NCBI GenBank assembly: GCA_965222895.1
Contig: CBDCVB010000002.1
Coordinates: 1,005,608 to 1,069,607, forward strand
Direction: 5' to 3'
Origin: Dehalococcoidia bacterium
GTDB taxonomy: Bacteria > Chloroflexota > Dehalococcoidia > Lucifugimonadales > UBA3495
Length of the DNA stretch: 64,000 bases
The translations under genes were made by a program, and so were the position numbers. The notes below the pieces were generated by a model. The model ran no database searches and was not told the DNA's origin. It saw nothing but the letters and a program-made list of their open reading frames with translations. The first letter of the stretch is position 1. The number at the start of each line of letters is the position of its first letter. Below are positions 18,071 through 27,372 of the stretch, in pieces.

Positions 18071-19141
18071 TCACCCCATAATCCGCCTAAAAAATGCCAA
18101 GGCGTTGCCGCCGCCGATTTTCTTGATGTCCTCATCAGAATACCCACGGGCTATCAGGCCACGGACGATGTTCTTGCCGTCGGCAGGGGACTCCAGACCG
18201 TTCAGATAGGGCGCCGGCGCGGGATTGGTGCGGCCCATCACCACCCGCCCCACTCCCACCGTGTCGCCAATGCTGGCATCTGTGCCGATGGCGACATGGT
18301 CCACCCCCACCAGTTTGACCATATAAGCGTACTGGTCCAGCACGCTTTCGATACTTTGCTCCGGGTCGTTGCTGAGCCGGTTGGGTACGGCGGTTATCCC
18401 GATGATGCCGCCTTTCTGAGCGCAGGCCAGCAACTCCTCGTCCTTTCTCAACCTTCGGGCTTGAAAACTGTCGCTGGCGAGGGTGTAGGAACCGTCGTGG
18501 CTGAAGGCAACCGGAGTTTTTGATGCGTCGATCGCGTCCATCGCAGTTCGGAAGGAGGCGTGGGACACGTCGACAACCATCCCCAGTTCATTCATACGTT
18601 GAACAACCTCCAGCCCGAACTCACTAAGGCCCCCGTCGTTGCGCTCGAAGATGCCGTCCCCAATGTAGGCCTTGCGACTATAGGTCAGGCCAGCCAGCCG
18701 TATTCCCGTGTTATAGAGGACGTCCACCAGGTTTAGCCCATTGCCAATGGCCAGGTGCTCCACCGTGGGCAAGAACCCCACCTTACCCTGCTGCTTGGCC
18801 GACTCTATATCGGCGGCATTACTGACCTGGAGCACGTCGTCATGTCGCGAAATGTCCGAGATCATCATGCTGATCTCGTCCAGCAGATCGGAGAATCGGA
18901 TGAAGGACATCTCGTTGGTGTGCAGCATTCCGCGAAAGACGTTGGCTGTTCCCACGGCGGTAAAACCGCCTTCTCTTACCGCATCGTACCCCCAAACGTA
19001 GCTGTCGCTGCGCAGGTACTCCCAATATTGGCTGAAGTCTTCGGGCAGGACCATCGGATGCTGGTGAAGGTCGATCATTATCGACTCCTCCATCAAGCGT
19101 TGAAACCTGACTTCCTGCTGCCCGTCCAGCCGCACGGTCAT
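18071..19141 (-). CDS. membrane dipeptidase (peptidase family M19)
   Basis: IDLHQH, GLTYSRKAYIGDG, MVVDVSHAS and HVAIGTDA are M19 motifs. An alternative upstream start lies at 19192. Confidence 0.8.
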   Translation of the reverse strand: MTVRLDGQQEVRFQRLMEESIMIDLHQHPMVLPEDFSQYWEYLRSDSYVWGYDAVREGGFTAVGTANVFRGMLHTNEMSFIRFSDLLDEISMMISDISRHDDVLQVSNAADIESAKQQGKVGFLPTVEHLAIGNGLNLVDVLYNTGIRLAGLTYSRKAYIGDGIFERNDGGLSEFGLEVVQRMNELGMVVDVSHASFRTAMDAIDASKTPVAFSHDGSYTLASDSFQARRLRKDEELLACAQKGGIIGITAVPNRLSNDPEQSIESVLDQYAYMVKLVGVDHVAIGTDASIGDTVGVGRVVMGRTNPAPAPYLNGLESPADGKNIVRGLIARGYSDEDIKKIGGGNALAFFRRIMG

Positions 19142-19372
19142 GGATGGGACGCGGCCCACTTGACTGACGAGGTGAAATCGGCCAGGCGTCATAATGCAAC
19201 TCCGTTCCAGGCGACCAGTTGGATCACTCTCGAAATGTAATTGGAATCGGGCCCTCTAGCAGCAGTTGCAGACGGAACGCAATGCAACCGCGCCAGTCCC
19301 CGCAGGGTTCTACCTGCAGGACGAGGATCCGTGTTCCATGTATGATCCGTCCGGACCGAACGCATCTAGTAC

Positions 19373-20527
19373 TCAATCAATCTTGGAATTGAAGGGATAT
19401 AGGCGATGCAGTTTGGCTCGGGCGTCCTGGGTGTTGAACCGCCAGTTGATGGTGGCCCTCGCCGCATTGCGCTCGGCCGCATAGGCGTTGATGGCTTGCT
19501 GTAGGGCAGTCTCGTCGGGATTACGCCCTTGGAGACAAGCCCGGGTCAACACGCTGAACTCGATCTCCGCCATCCCTTCGGCAAGCTCAGGACAGGATTG
19601 AGCCAACTGGCGTGCTTGGGCGTGTGGTGAAACTCGAGGCGCTTCACGATGCGCCGAGCTTCGGCGGCGTCGCAGGTCTCATAGAGGGAAGCCATGCGGT
19701 GCGTGTTCAAATTGTCCAGAACCACCCGCACCACCGGGGCATCGGGGTAAGCCTCATCCACCAGCCAGCGCATCCGGTGGGCACAGTCCTCCATAGTGCG
19801 GCGCTCGGTAATCGCCACGTGTCGCCAGCCCGCCAGGGGCTCGCAGGTCAGGAAGATGTTGCGCGTGCCGGCGCGGCGATATTCGTAATCCTGACGCCGC
19901 GGTTGTCCCGGTTGCACTGGGATGGGCGCCCTGGTGTCGGCCAGCAACTGGGTGGAAGTCTCATCGAAGCAGACCACCGGCCGGTCCGGGTCGTAGGGCT
20001 CAGCATACAAGTCCAGCACGTCCTCCATCGCCGCCACGAATTCGCCGCCTACTTTCGGGATGCACCACTGCTGCTTCCGCCACGGCTGGCGGACGTTTTT
20101 TGAGCCTCAACCGCACCGTCTCATGGGACAGGGACTCCACCAACCCCAACTCCACCACTCGGTCGGCCAGCAGCTGCAGGGTCCAGTGGTCGTGGCCAGC
20201 GGGCGCTGGGCTGCACGCCAGGGCAATCAGGTGGGCCTCGCCCTTGTCGTCCAGCTTGCGATACCGGTTGGCCTGGACCCGATCCTGCAACACGCCATCC
20301 AAACCTTCCTCAGCGTACCGCCTTTTGGCCCGGTACACCGTACCCTTGGACACGTCCAAAGCGGCCGCCACCTGAGGTGCGTTCCATCCCTCATCAACTT
20401 TAAGTAGAATGCGCGCCCGGGCGACGATACGAGCCAAACTTTTGCCGCTACGTAGCAGTCGGCTCAGTTGCTCCCGCTCCTCCGGCGTCAACCGTACTGC
20501 GTATTGCTCCAGGGCCATGTTTGCCAC
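19373..20527 (-). pseudogene. IS630 family transposase, three frames (A6 run plus 23-nt insertion)
   Basis: ORFs 20000-20527 (HTH), 19546-20037 (DDE core, VLDNLNTH) and 19373-19606 (MAEIEFSVL...). Confidence 0.85.
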
Positions 20528-20581
20528 ACCTCCCCACCATTCGATCTTGCGGTCAGCGTAGCATTTGTAGGCCTTTCACTA

Positions 20582-21690
20582 ACTGATGTTACGCAGCCTT
20601 GAGGAGTTGGAGTTCGTCAAAGGCCTGGCGAACCGCCTTGAGATATATCCGGGTTCGCAAGGCAAAATGATTCAGCTGGTGGGTCATACTGAGCCATTCC
20701 AAGCGACAGGCCGAGTAGATTGCCATGAAACAGTGGTTGCTTTGAGTTCGGACGGTCTTCCCCGGCGACTTGGCCAGCGCGGCGTTGCCCTTGAGCGTCT
20801 TGTGAAACGTCTCCACTTTCCACCTTTGTTGGTAGATCGTTCTAATGCTCTCGCCTTCACTGTCCAATTCGCTGCAAGCCAGATAGAGAGTCCCAGTGCT
20901 GCCGTCTTTGTTCTTAAAGATCTGGCGCAGCAGCAGGACCGGAAAGTCCAGTCCCCGCAGCCAGCCGCGCACTGGTTGACCTTCCGGCAGGTCCAGCGTG
21001 TCGATCCGGTGAAAGCTGCCCTGAAGTTTCGCTGCATGGCTCAATGCTGCTGTCCGGTTGGATTTGAGCGCGATAATGAACTCCTTGTTCAAGTCCTTGT
21101 GGCTGAAACTCAGGTTTTCTTTGGACGAAAACCAACTGTCGGCCAGCACATAGCGATACTCCAGCCGGTTCTGCTGACACACCTTGAGCATCCGGCGCAT
21201 CAGTTCGTTCTTGGAGACCGCGCTCCTGCGCTTGAGCCGACCGGTGTTCGCATCCTTGAACATATTGGGCTTGCGGATGATTTCGTAGGCCACTGGCAGC
21301 GTTATACTCTGCGCGTGGTAAACGCAGTTGAGGATGTTAATGCCCTTGATGGTTCGGTTCTTGCTGTGATCGAAGTGCCAGGTGACGATCTCGTTCTCGT
21401 CGGTATAGGGCTTTTCCTCAATGGTATCGTCAAATATCAGCGCGCCATTGGGCGGTTCGATCTTTCGCACCATGAGCTTGACCAGCTGCCAGAGGGTCCT
21501 GGAGTCGTAGCCCTCCTGGGACAGCAAGCGGGTTATCCGGTCATGGCTGACTTCCCCTTCCAGCATATTGGACAGGCCGGTGGCTGTCGCCGCCCCAAAG
21601 GAGCTCAGCAGGTAATCGCTATAGAGTTCGGTCAGTTCTTTATTCATGCTTCAAAGATAGCAGTTTCTGCAGCCGGTGCGTAAGGTCAGT
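20582..21690 (-). mobile_element. IS4/IS701-like insertion sequence (1109 bp) with 5-bp target duplication CACTA
   Basis: Inverted repeats are ACTGATGTTACGCAGCC and the reverse complement ACTGACCTTACGCACC. CACTA lies at 20577-20581 and 21691-21695. The uninterrupted paralogous site in IS630 copy B carries a single CACTA. Confidence 0.85.
20589..21647 (-). CDS. DDE transposase, IS4/IS701-like
   Basis: 352 aa with FDDTIEEK, YVLADSWFSS and the Y-2-R-3-E-6-K motif YQQRWKVETFHKTLK. Confidence 0.85.
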   Translation of the reverse strand: MNKELTELYSDYLLSSFGAATATGLSNMLEGEVSHDRITRLLSQEGYDSRTLWQLVKLMVRKIEPPNGALIFDDTIEEKPYTDENEIVTWHFDHSKNRTIKGINILNCVYHAQSITLPVAYEIIRKPNMFKDANTGRLKRRSAVSKNELMRRMLKVCQQNRLEYRYVLADSWFSSKENLSFSHKDLNKEFIIALKSNRTAALSHAAKLQGSFHRIDTLDLPEGQPVRGWLRGLDFPVLLLRQIFKNKDGSTGTLYLACSELDSEGESIRTIYQQRWKVETFHKTLKGNAALAKSPGKTVRTQSNHCFMAIYSACRLEWLSMTHQLNHFALRTRIYLKAVRQAFDELQLLKAA

Positions 21691-21729
21691 CACTAATATA
21701 ACTTACAATACTGATTTGAACCAGTACTA

Positions 21730-21890
21730 GTACTACAGCCGCACACCAAACACTAACTCGCTACTCTTAGCTTCGATCCATCACTGGATTTAGCCTTGCT
21801 CACTTAAGAGCAAAGCCAGTACGCCATAGCTGGACATTGCGATTTTCAATACCGCCCGACCCTCTGGGCGGTCATGTGCGACTGTAGTAC
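21730..21890. mobile_element. 161-bp IS630/Tc1-type MITE flanked by TA
   Basis: 15-bp inverted repeats are GTACTACAGCCGCAC (21730-21744) and GTGCGACTGTAGTAC (21876-21890). TA lies on both sides. Confidence 0.65.
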
Positions 21891-21892
21891 TA

Positions 21893-22338
21893 GTACTCGG
21901 TCAACATTGGAAAGGCAGATGAAGGATGAAACGGGCGATGGTTGCCACGCTGGCGGTCAAACAGCGGTGCGGTAGGTGCGGCATCCATGGTTGCGGAGAA
22001 ATATGCGGTACGGTTGTCGTCGGAAGATCGGGCCCAACTGGAACGGTTGATCCGTAGCGGTCAGCGCTCAGATCGGATCATCAATCGGGCGCGCATCCTG
22101 CTCAAGACTGACGACGGATGGAGCGCCTCACGGGTGGCCGCAGCCTTGGACACGTCGCCGCGCACGGTGTTCCGCACCAAACGCCGGTATTGGGAGGAGG
22201 GATTGGACGGCGTGCTGCACGACCATCCCCAAGCCAACCGGTATCGCAAGCTGGATGATCGGGGTGAAGCCATCTGATTGCCTTCGCGTGCAGCGACGCC
22301 CCCGAGGGCCATGAACACTGGACCCTGCGGTTGCTGGC
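21893..22338 (+). mobile_element. third, diverged IS630-family element (copy C), 5' fragment only
   Basis: Starts GTACTCGGTCAAC after a TA. It encodes MVAEKYAVRLSSEDRAQLERLIRSG...ANRYRKLDDRGEA, then frameshifts. It ends at 22338, where copy B is inserted. Confidence 0.75.
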
Positions 22339-22340
22339 TA

Positions 22341-23586
22341 GTACTGGTTCAGATCAGTATTGTAAGTTGTATTAGTGAAAGGCTTCCAAATGCTACGCTG
22401 ACCGCAAGATCGAATGGTGGGGAGGTGTGGCAAACATGGCCCTGGAACAATACGCGGTACAGTTGACGCCGGAGGAACGCGAGCGACTGAGCCGACTGAT
22501 ACGTAGCGGCAAAAGTTCGGCACGCATCGTTGCCCGAGCGCGCATCCTGCTCAAAGTAGTTGAGGGATGGACCGCACCACAGGTGGCGGCCGCTTTGGAC
22601 GTGTCCAAGGGTACGGTGTACCGCGCCAAACGACGGTACGCTGAGGAGGGATTGGCGGGAGTCATCCAGGATCGGGTCCAGGCCAACCGATACCGGAAGC
22701 TGGACGATCGGGGCGAGGCCCACCTGATTGCCCTGGCGTGTAGCCCAGCGCCCGCTGGCCACGACCACTGGACCTTGCAGCTGCTGGCCGACCGAGTGGT
22801 GGAGTTGGGGTTGGTGGAGTCCCTGTCCCATGAGACGGTGTGGTTGAGGCTCAAAAAAACGTCCCCCAGCCGTGGCGGAAGCAGCAGTGGTGCATCCCCA
22901 AGGCAGGGGGTGAATTCGTGGCGGCGATGGAGGACGTGCTGGACTTGTATGCTGAGCCCTACGACCCGGACCGGCCGGTGGTCTGCTTTGATGAGACTTC
23001 CACCCAGTTGCTGGCCGACACCAGGGCGCCCATCCCAGTGCAACCGGAACCACCGCGGCGTCAGGATTACGAATATCGCCGCGCCGGTACGGGCAACATC
23101 TTCCTGACCTGCGAACCCCTGGCGGGCTGGCGACACGTGGCGATTACCGAGCGCCGCACCATGGAAGACTTCGCCCACCAGATGCGCTGGCTGGTGGATG
23201 AGGCTTACCCCGATGCCCCAGTAGTGCGGGTGGTTCTGGACAATTTGAACACGCACCGCATGGCTTCCCTCTATGAGACCTTCCCCGCCGCCGAAGCCCG
23301 GCGCATCGTGAAGCGGCTGGAGTTTCACCACACACCCAAGCACGCCAGTTGGCTCAATCCTGTCCTGAGCTTGCCGAAGGGATGGCGGAGATCGAGTTCA
23401 GCGTGTTGACCCGGGCCTGTCTCCAGGGGCGTAATCCCGACGAGACTGCCCTACAGCTAGCCATCAACGCCTATGAGGCCGAGCGCAATGCGGCGGGGGC
23501 CACCATCAACTGGCGGTTCAACACCCAGGACGCCCGAGCCAAATTGCATCGCCTATATCCCTTCAATTCCAAGATTGATTGAGTAC
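22341..23586 (+). mobile_element. IS630-family element copy B (1246 bp), TA-flanked
   Basis: Starts GTACTGGTTCAGATCAG and ends ...GATTGAGTAC. TA lies at 22339-22340 and 23587-23588. Confidence 0.9.
22427..23582 (+). pseudogene. IS630 family transposase with an A7 -1 frameshift site and a 23-nt insertion before the catalytic-E motif
   Basis: ORFs 22427-23107, 22840-23409 and 23349-23582. LRLKK then -1 gives NVPQPWRKQQWCIP at CTCAAAAAAAC (22853-22859). SWLN and MAEIEFSVL are separated by 23 nt (23359-23381). Confidence 0.85.
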
Positions 23587-23606
23587 TAGTAGTGACACAT
23601 TACCAG

Positions 23607-24137
23607 TCAGGAATCAGTCCGGGGACGCTGATTCCCCCAACGTCCCGACATCCAGATTAGTGCCGCGCTGACCACAAAGTACCCCGCGAACACTCTGAAA
23701 GCAACATCGTAGCTTCCGAAATGGTCGTAAACTAACGCAGCGAACATTGGCCCGCCAATGCTGGCGATGACGTAGAACGGGCTCATCACTCCTCTGATCG
23801 CGCCTTGGTGCCGTCGGCCAAAATGCGCCGCCCACAGCAGAGGCCCAATCACGACCAACGAACCTCCGGTGAGCCCGTACATCACTCCGAATGTTCCGTG
23901 GAACTGCCAAACACTCGTTGAGCCCACGCCAGGAAAGATGCTGATTGCGCTGCCAATTAAAGCGATTATGGCCAGCAGCCAAATCGAGTAACGGTCTGCC
24001 AAAAATCCCCAGGCCAGTTTGGCCGCGAATGCGCAAGCGCCGTAGATCCCAAACGAGATCCCCGCTTGCACATCTGAAAAGCCGAGATCAGTTGCGTACG
24101 GGATCCTGTGGATTATCAGAGCGCCTATCGGCGTCAA
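23607..24137 (-). pseudogene. MFS transporter, C-terminal half only
   Basis: 176-aa ORF with about 6 TM segments, paralogous to the C-terminal half of the MFS gene at 25565-26899. The N-terminal half is replaced by the repeat array. Confidence 0.7.
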
Positions 24138-24149
24138 CTCGGATTAATT

Positions 24150-24975
24150 TCTCACGCGTACCCACTTTGTCAAACCAAACCAATCTACTGTCATGGCGAC
24201 CAGCGCCCACCTCACTTGTCATTGCGAGGAGCGTAGCGACGTGGCAATCTCGTTGGGGTTGAGTACGCGTCGGTGAACCATCATTGCTGCGGCGACCATT
24301 GCTACGGTAACGAGATTGCCACGCTCTGCGCTCGCAATGACAAAAGTGGGTACGCGTGAGAACCAACCTACTGCTATTGCGAGGAGCGTAGCGACGTGGC
24401 AATCTCGTTGGGGTTGAGCACACGTTAGTGAACCATCATTGCTGCGGCGACCATTGCTACGGTAACGAGATTGCCACGCTGCGCTCGCAATGACAAAAGT
24501 GGGTACGCGTGATAAACCAACCTACTGCCATTGCGAGGAGCGTAGCGACGTGGCAATCACGTTGGGGTTGAGCACATGTTAGTGAACCATCATTGCTGCG
24601 GCGACTATTGCTACGGTAACGAGATTGCCACGCTGCGCTCGCAATGACAAAAGTGGGTACGCGTGATAAACCAACCCACTGCCATTACGAGGAGCGTAGC
24701 GACGTGGCAATCTCGTTGGGGTTGAGCATATGTTAGTGAACCATCATTGCTGCGGCGACCATTGCTACGGTAACGAGATTGCCACGCTGCGCTCGCAATG
24801 ACAAAAGTGGGTACGCGTGAGAACCAACCTACTGCCATTGCGAGGAGCGTAGCGACGTGGCAATCTCGTTGGGGTTGAGCACACGTTAGTGAACCATCAT
24901 TGCTGCGGCGACTATTGCTACGGTAACGAGATTGCCACGCTGCGCTCGCTATGACAAAAGTGGGTACGCACGAAA
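24150..24975. repeat. tandem array of 5 units (~154-bp period) of a composite palindromic repeat
   Basis: The CATTGCGAGG landmark recurs at 24220, 24375, 24529, 24683 and 24836. Each unit holds the arm CATTGCGAGGAGCGTAGCGACGTGGCAATCTCG, a ~57-nt loop, the arm CGAGATTGCCACGCTGCGCTCGCAATG, then the linker ACAAAAGTGGGTACGCGTGAGAACCAACCTACTGC. Confidence 0.9.
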
Positions 24976-25119
24976 TCGCCTCTTGGCTTGACGATCATAG
25001 CTTCCGTCCTCCTGCTTGGTGATAGGATGGGGACTCCATTGCATTCCCGCTGTATTGGGAATGCCGGTTGCGAAGGAAACCAATGTTTCATGCCAAACTC
25101 AAAACAGGAGACTTTGCCG

Positions 25120-25497
25120 ATGAACATCCAGACTTTGGAGCGGAGCCCACAGAACCACCGGGGCGGGCAGGTGTCGCACTTGCTTTTGGCCTCGGGGCAG
25201 TTTGGATCGGAGAACCTGGCCGTAACATGGGTTGAAGGTGAACCCGGCAGCGAACAAGCGGCCCACTCCCACGAAGGTCGGGAACAGGTGTACGTCATTG
25301 TCCAGGGACGGGGTGCGATGCGGGTTGGGGACGAGGTGGAAGAGGTCGGGCCGGGCACGGCCATTTTAGTGCCGCCGGGCACTAATCACTTCATACGCAA
25401 CATTGGGGAGGATAAGTTAATCTACGTCTCTGCCACTTCCCCGCCCTTTGCGATGCAGGAGGGCAACACCAACTGGTCGGCTCCGGCCGGGCAGTAG
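25120..25497 (+). CDS. cupin domain protein
   Basis: HSHEGREQVYVIVQGRGAMRVGDE...GTAILVPPGTNHFIRN. AGGAG RBS at 25106-25110 and ATG at 25120. Confidence 0.75.
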   Translation: MNIQTLERSPQNHRGGQVSHLLLASGQFGSENLAVTWVEGEPGSEQAAHSHEGREQVYVIVQGRGAMRVGDEVEEVGPGTAILVPPGTNHFIRNIGEDKLIYVSATSPPFAMQEGNTNWSAPAGQ

Positions 25498-25564
25498 GAA
25501 GCCCTTACCCCGGTGTAGGGGTCTTGTTTCAGGTGACTTGGCCAACCAGTGATGGTTCGGCAGA

Positions 25565-26899
25565 TTACGGCATTCGTGGGGCCGCCAGTGGTGTCCGCCG
25601 CTCCGGACGCCGCGCCAGCAACATCAGGCACATCGCCATCCCCTGCACCGCCGCCGAGAAAAGGATCAGGATGGTGTAGCTGCCCGTCAGGTCGTACACC
25701 ACTGGCCCCACAATCTGTCCCAGTCCCAGCCCGCCGGCCTCGAAGGGACGCATCGCACCGACGATGGCTCCGTAGGAGTTCCGCCCGAAATAGTCCGCCA
25801 ACACCATGTACAGCAGCACTTCCAGCGCGCTGTGGAACAGCCCCCAGAACACCCCGAAGGCATACGCCGCCGCCAGCGAGTTGACCTGCAGTAAGGCCAT
25901 CGTCGCCAGCGTCGCTACTGCCATAGCGCCGACGATGCACCATCGGGGCGTCAGCTTTCCCGCCACCTGTCCCCACACCAGGCTGCTCAATGCCAGGAAT
26001 GTGCTCACGCTCAGCACCCCTGCCGCCTGCGGAGTGGTCAACCCCGCAAACTCGTGCAGATAGGGCACCAGGCTGAACCCCAGGCCGGAACTGCCCGTCA
26101 CATTGAGAAAAGCGACCATGGAAACCATCCAGAAGGCCCTGGACCGCATTGCCTCTCTGGACGTCCAGCTCACCTCTGCTGCCACCGTCCCGCGCGGCGC
26201 CCCGTGCCCGCCCCGTCCCGCCGGAACAGGGTCTGATGGTCCCGTTGCAGGCGGAGCCCGGGCGCCGTCGGGCAGCAGACCGATGTCCTCCGGCCGCCGG
26301 CGCATGACGATTAGCATGGGGACGGCCAGGAACAGGCTGAAAACCCCCATCAGCCGGAAGGCCATGCGCCAGTCCGCCAACAGGGTGATGACCGAGAACG
26401 CCTGGATGATCAGCGCCCCGCTGACGGGGCGATAGACCCCGGTGATGGCCAACGCTATATTGCGGCGCCGGTTGAAGAAATTGACCGCCATGGTCCGCGG
26501 CACCACACCGATGAGGAAGGGCTGGCTGATGGCCCGCCCGATGACCGCCGCCAGGAAAAATTGCCAGGCGGCATGCACCCCGCCGATGGCCACCATGGAC
26601 AGCCCCAGGACAATCACCCCGACGGGCATCAGCCATCGGGGGCCATACCGGTCAGCCAGCCGTCCGGCGAAGGGAGCGAAGACCCCCGACATCCAAACGC
26701 CGCAGCTGGAGGCCAGCCCGATGCTGGTCCGGGGCCAGTTGGTGTCCTCCAGAATGTAGCTCTGCACTCCTCCCAGCACCACCCCCGCCACCGCCGTAGC
26801 CACGAAAGCCCCAATGCCCGAAAGTCCGAGCACCAGCCAGCCGTAGTAAAAGGGGGTGTTGGGACGCCGGTTGAGGAGAGCCGACAAAGAGGACGCCAT
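25565..26899 (-). CDS. MFS transporter
   Basis: 444 aa with 12 predicted hydrophobic segments and GRLADRYGPRW between TM2 and TM3. Confidence 0.85.
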   Translation of the reverse strand: MASSLSALLNRRPNTPFYYGWLVLGLSGIGAFVATAVAGVVLGGVQSYILEDTNWPRTSIGLASSCGVWMSGVFAPFAGRLADRYGPRWLMPVGVIVLGLSMVAIGGVHAAWQFFLAAVIGRAISQPFLIGVVPRTMAVNFFNRRRNIALAITGVYRPVSGALIIQAFSVITLLADWRMAFRLMGVFSLFLAVPMLIVMRRRPEDIGLLPDGARAPPATGPSDPVPAGRGGHGAPRGTVAAEVSWTSREAMRSRAFWMVSMVAFLNVTGSSGLGFSLVPYLHEFAGLTTPQAAGVLSVSTFLALSSLVWGQVAGKLTPRWCIVGAMAVATLATMALLQVNSLAAAYAFGVFWGLFHSALEVLLYMVLADYFGRNSYGAIVGAMRPFEAGGLGLGQIVGPVVYDLTGSYTILILFSAAVQGMAMCLMLLARRPERRTPLAAPRMP

Positions 26900-26974
26900 A
26901 CGTCCTGTTCTTATATCAGACCACTGTTATTGGGACAAGCAGCCGTGTCCCCGCCACGCGTGTTCATTTTAATC

Positions 26975-27090
26975 TGTCATTGCGAGGAGCATAGCGACGC
27001 GGCAATCTCGATGACGTTGAACACGCGCCGGCGCACCGCCGTTGCTACGGCGACGAGATTGCCACGCTACGCTCGCGATGACAAAGTGGT
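26975..27090. repeat. single copy of the palindromic repeat family
   Basis: TGTCATTGCGAGGAGCATAGCGACGCGGCAATCTCG ... CGAGATTGCCACGCTACGCTCGCGATGACAAAGTGG. Confidence 0.85.
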
Positions 27091-27372
27091 TAGGCATGAT
27101 GCCCTGTGCGGCCACAACCCCAATCGAAGCGCACTCCAACTCCTCCCCCTCCATTGTCCAGTAGTTCCTATAGAATGCTACCGAGCAGTCTGTTGACGAT
27201 CGCGTAACAGGCGGGTGAGCAAGATGGCTAAACAAGGGCTACTGACAACAATACGAGATCGCTGCCGGGCTTGCTCCACGAAGGACATGCGCCGCCACCT
27301 TCCCGAGCATTGGCAATCTGAGCGCCAGTCCTTTGGACCAAGTTGTTTTGACGACACCACCCAGGAAGGAGA

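Larger units (their letters stand above)
19369..21727 (-). mobile_element. IS630-family element copy A, itself interrupted by an IS4/IS701-like element
   Basis: Ends GTACTCAATCAA... (19369) and ...GAACCAGTAC (21727) are each flanked by TA. Its 5' 37 bp (21691-21727) are separated from the body by the 1109-bp insertion. Confidence 0.85.

Noticed and set aside
23359-23381. The 23-nt insertion in IS630 as a programmed translational bypass (gene-60-like hop).
   Set aside because: There are no matching take-off and landing codons, no stop codon right after the putative take-off site, and no obvious hairpin. A shared inactivating insertion is more parsimonious.
24150-24975. Regularly spaced repeats that at first glance resemble a CRISPR array.
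   Set aside because: The inter-repeat segments are nearly identical from unit to unit (only SNPs). The repeat arms are inverted copies of each other and the period is ~154 bp. This is tandem amplification of a palindromic element, not repeat-spacer architecture. No cas genes are nearby.
24611-25382. ORFs 24611-24838 (75 aa), 24918-25382 (154 aa), 26969-27235 and 63054-63410, containing strings such as CHCERSVAISL and VIASAAWQSR.
   Set aside because: They are translations of the palindromic repeat arms on either strand, not genes.
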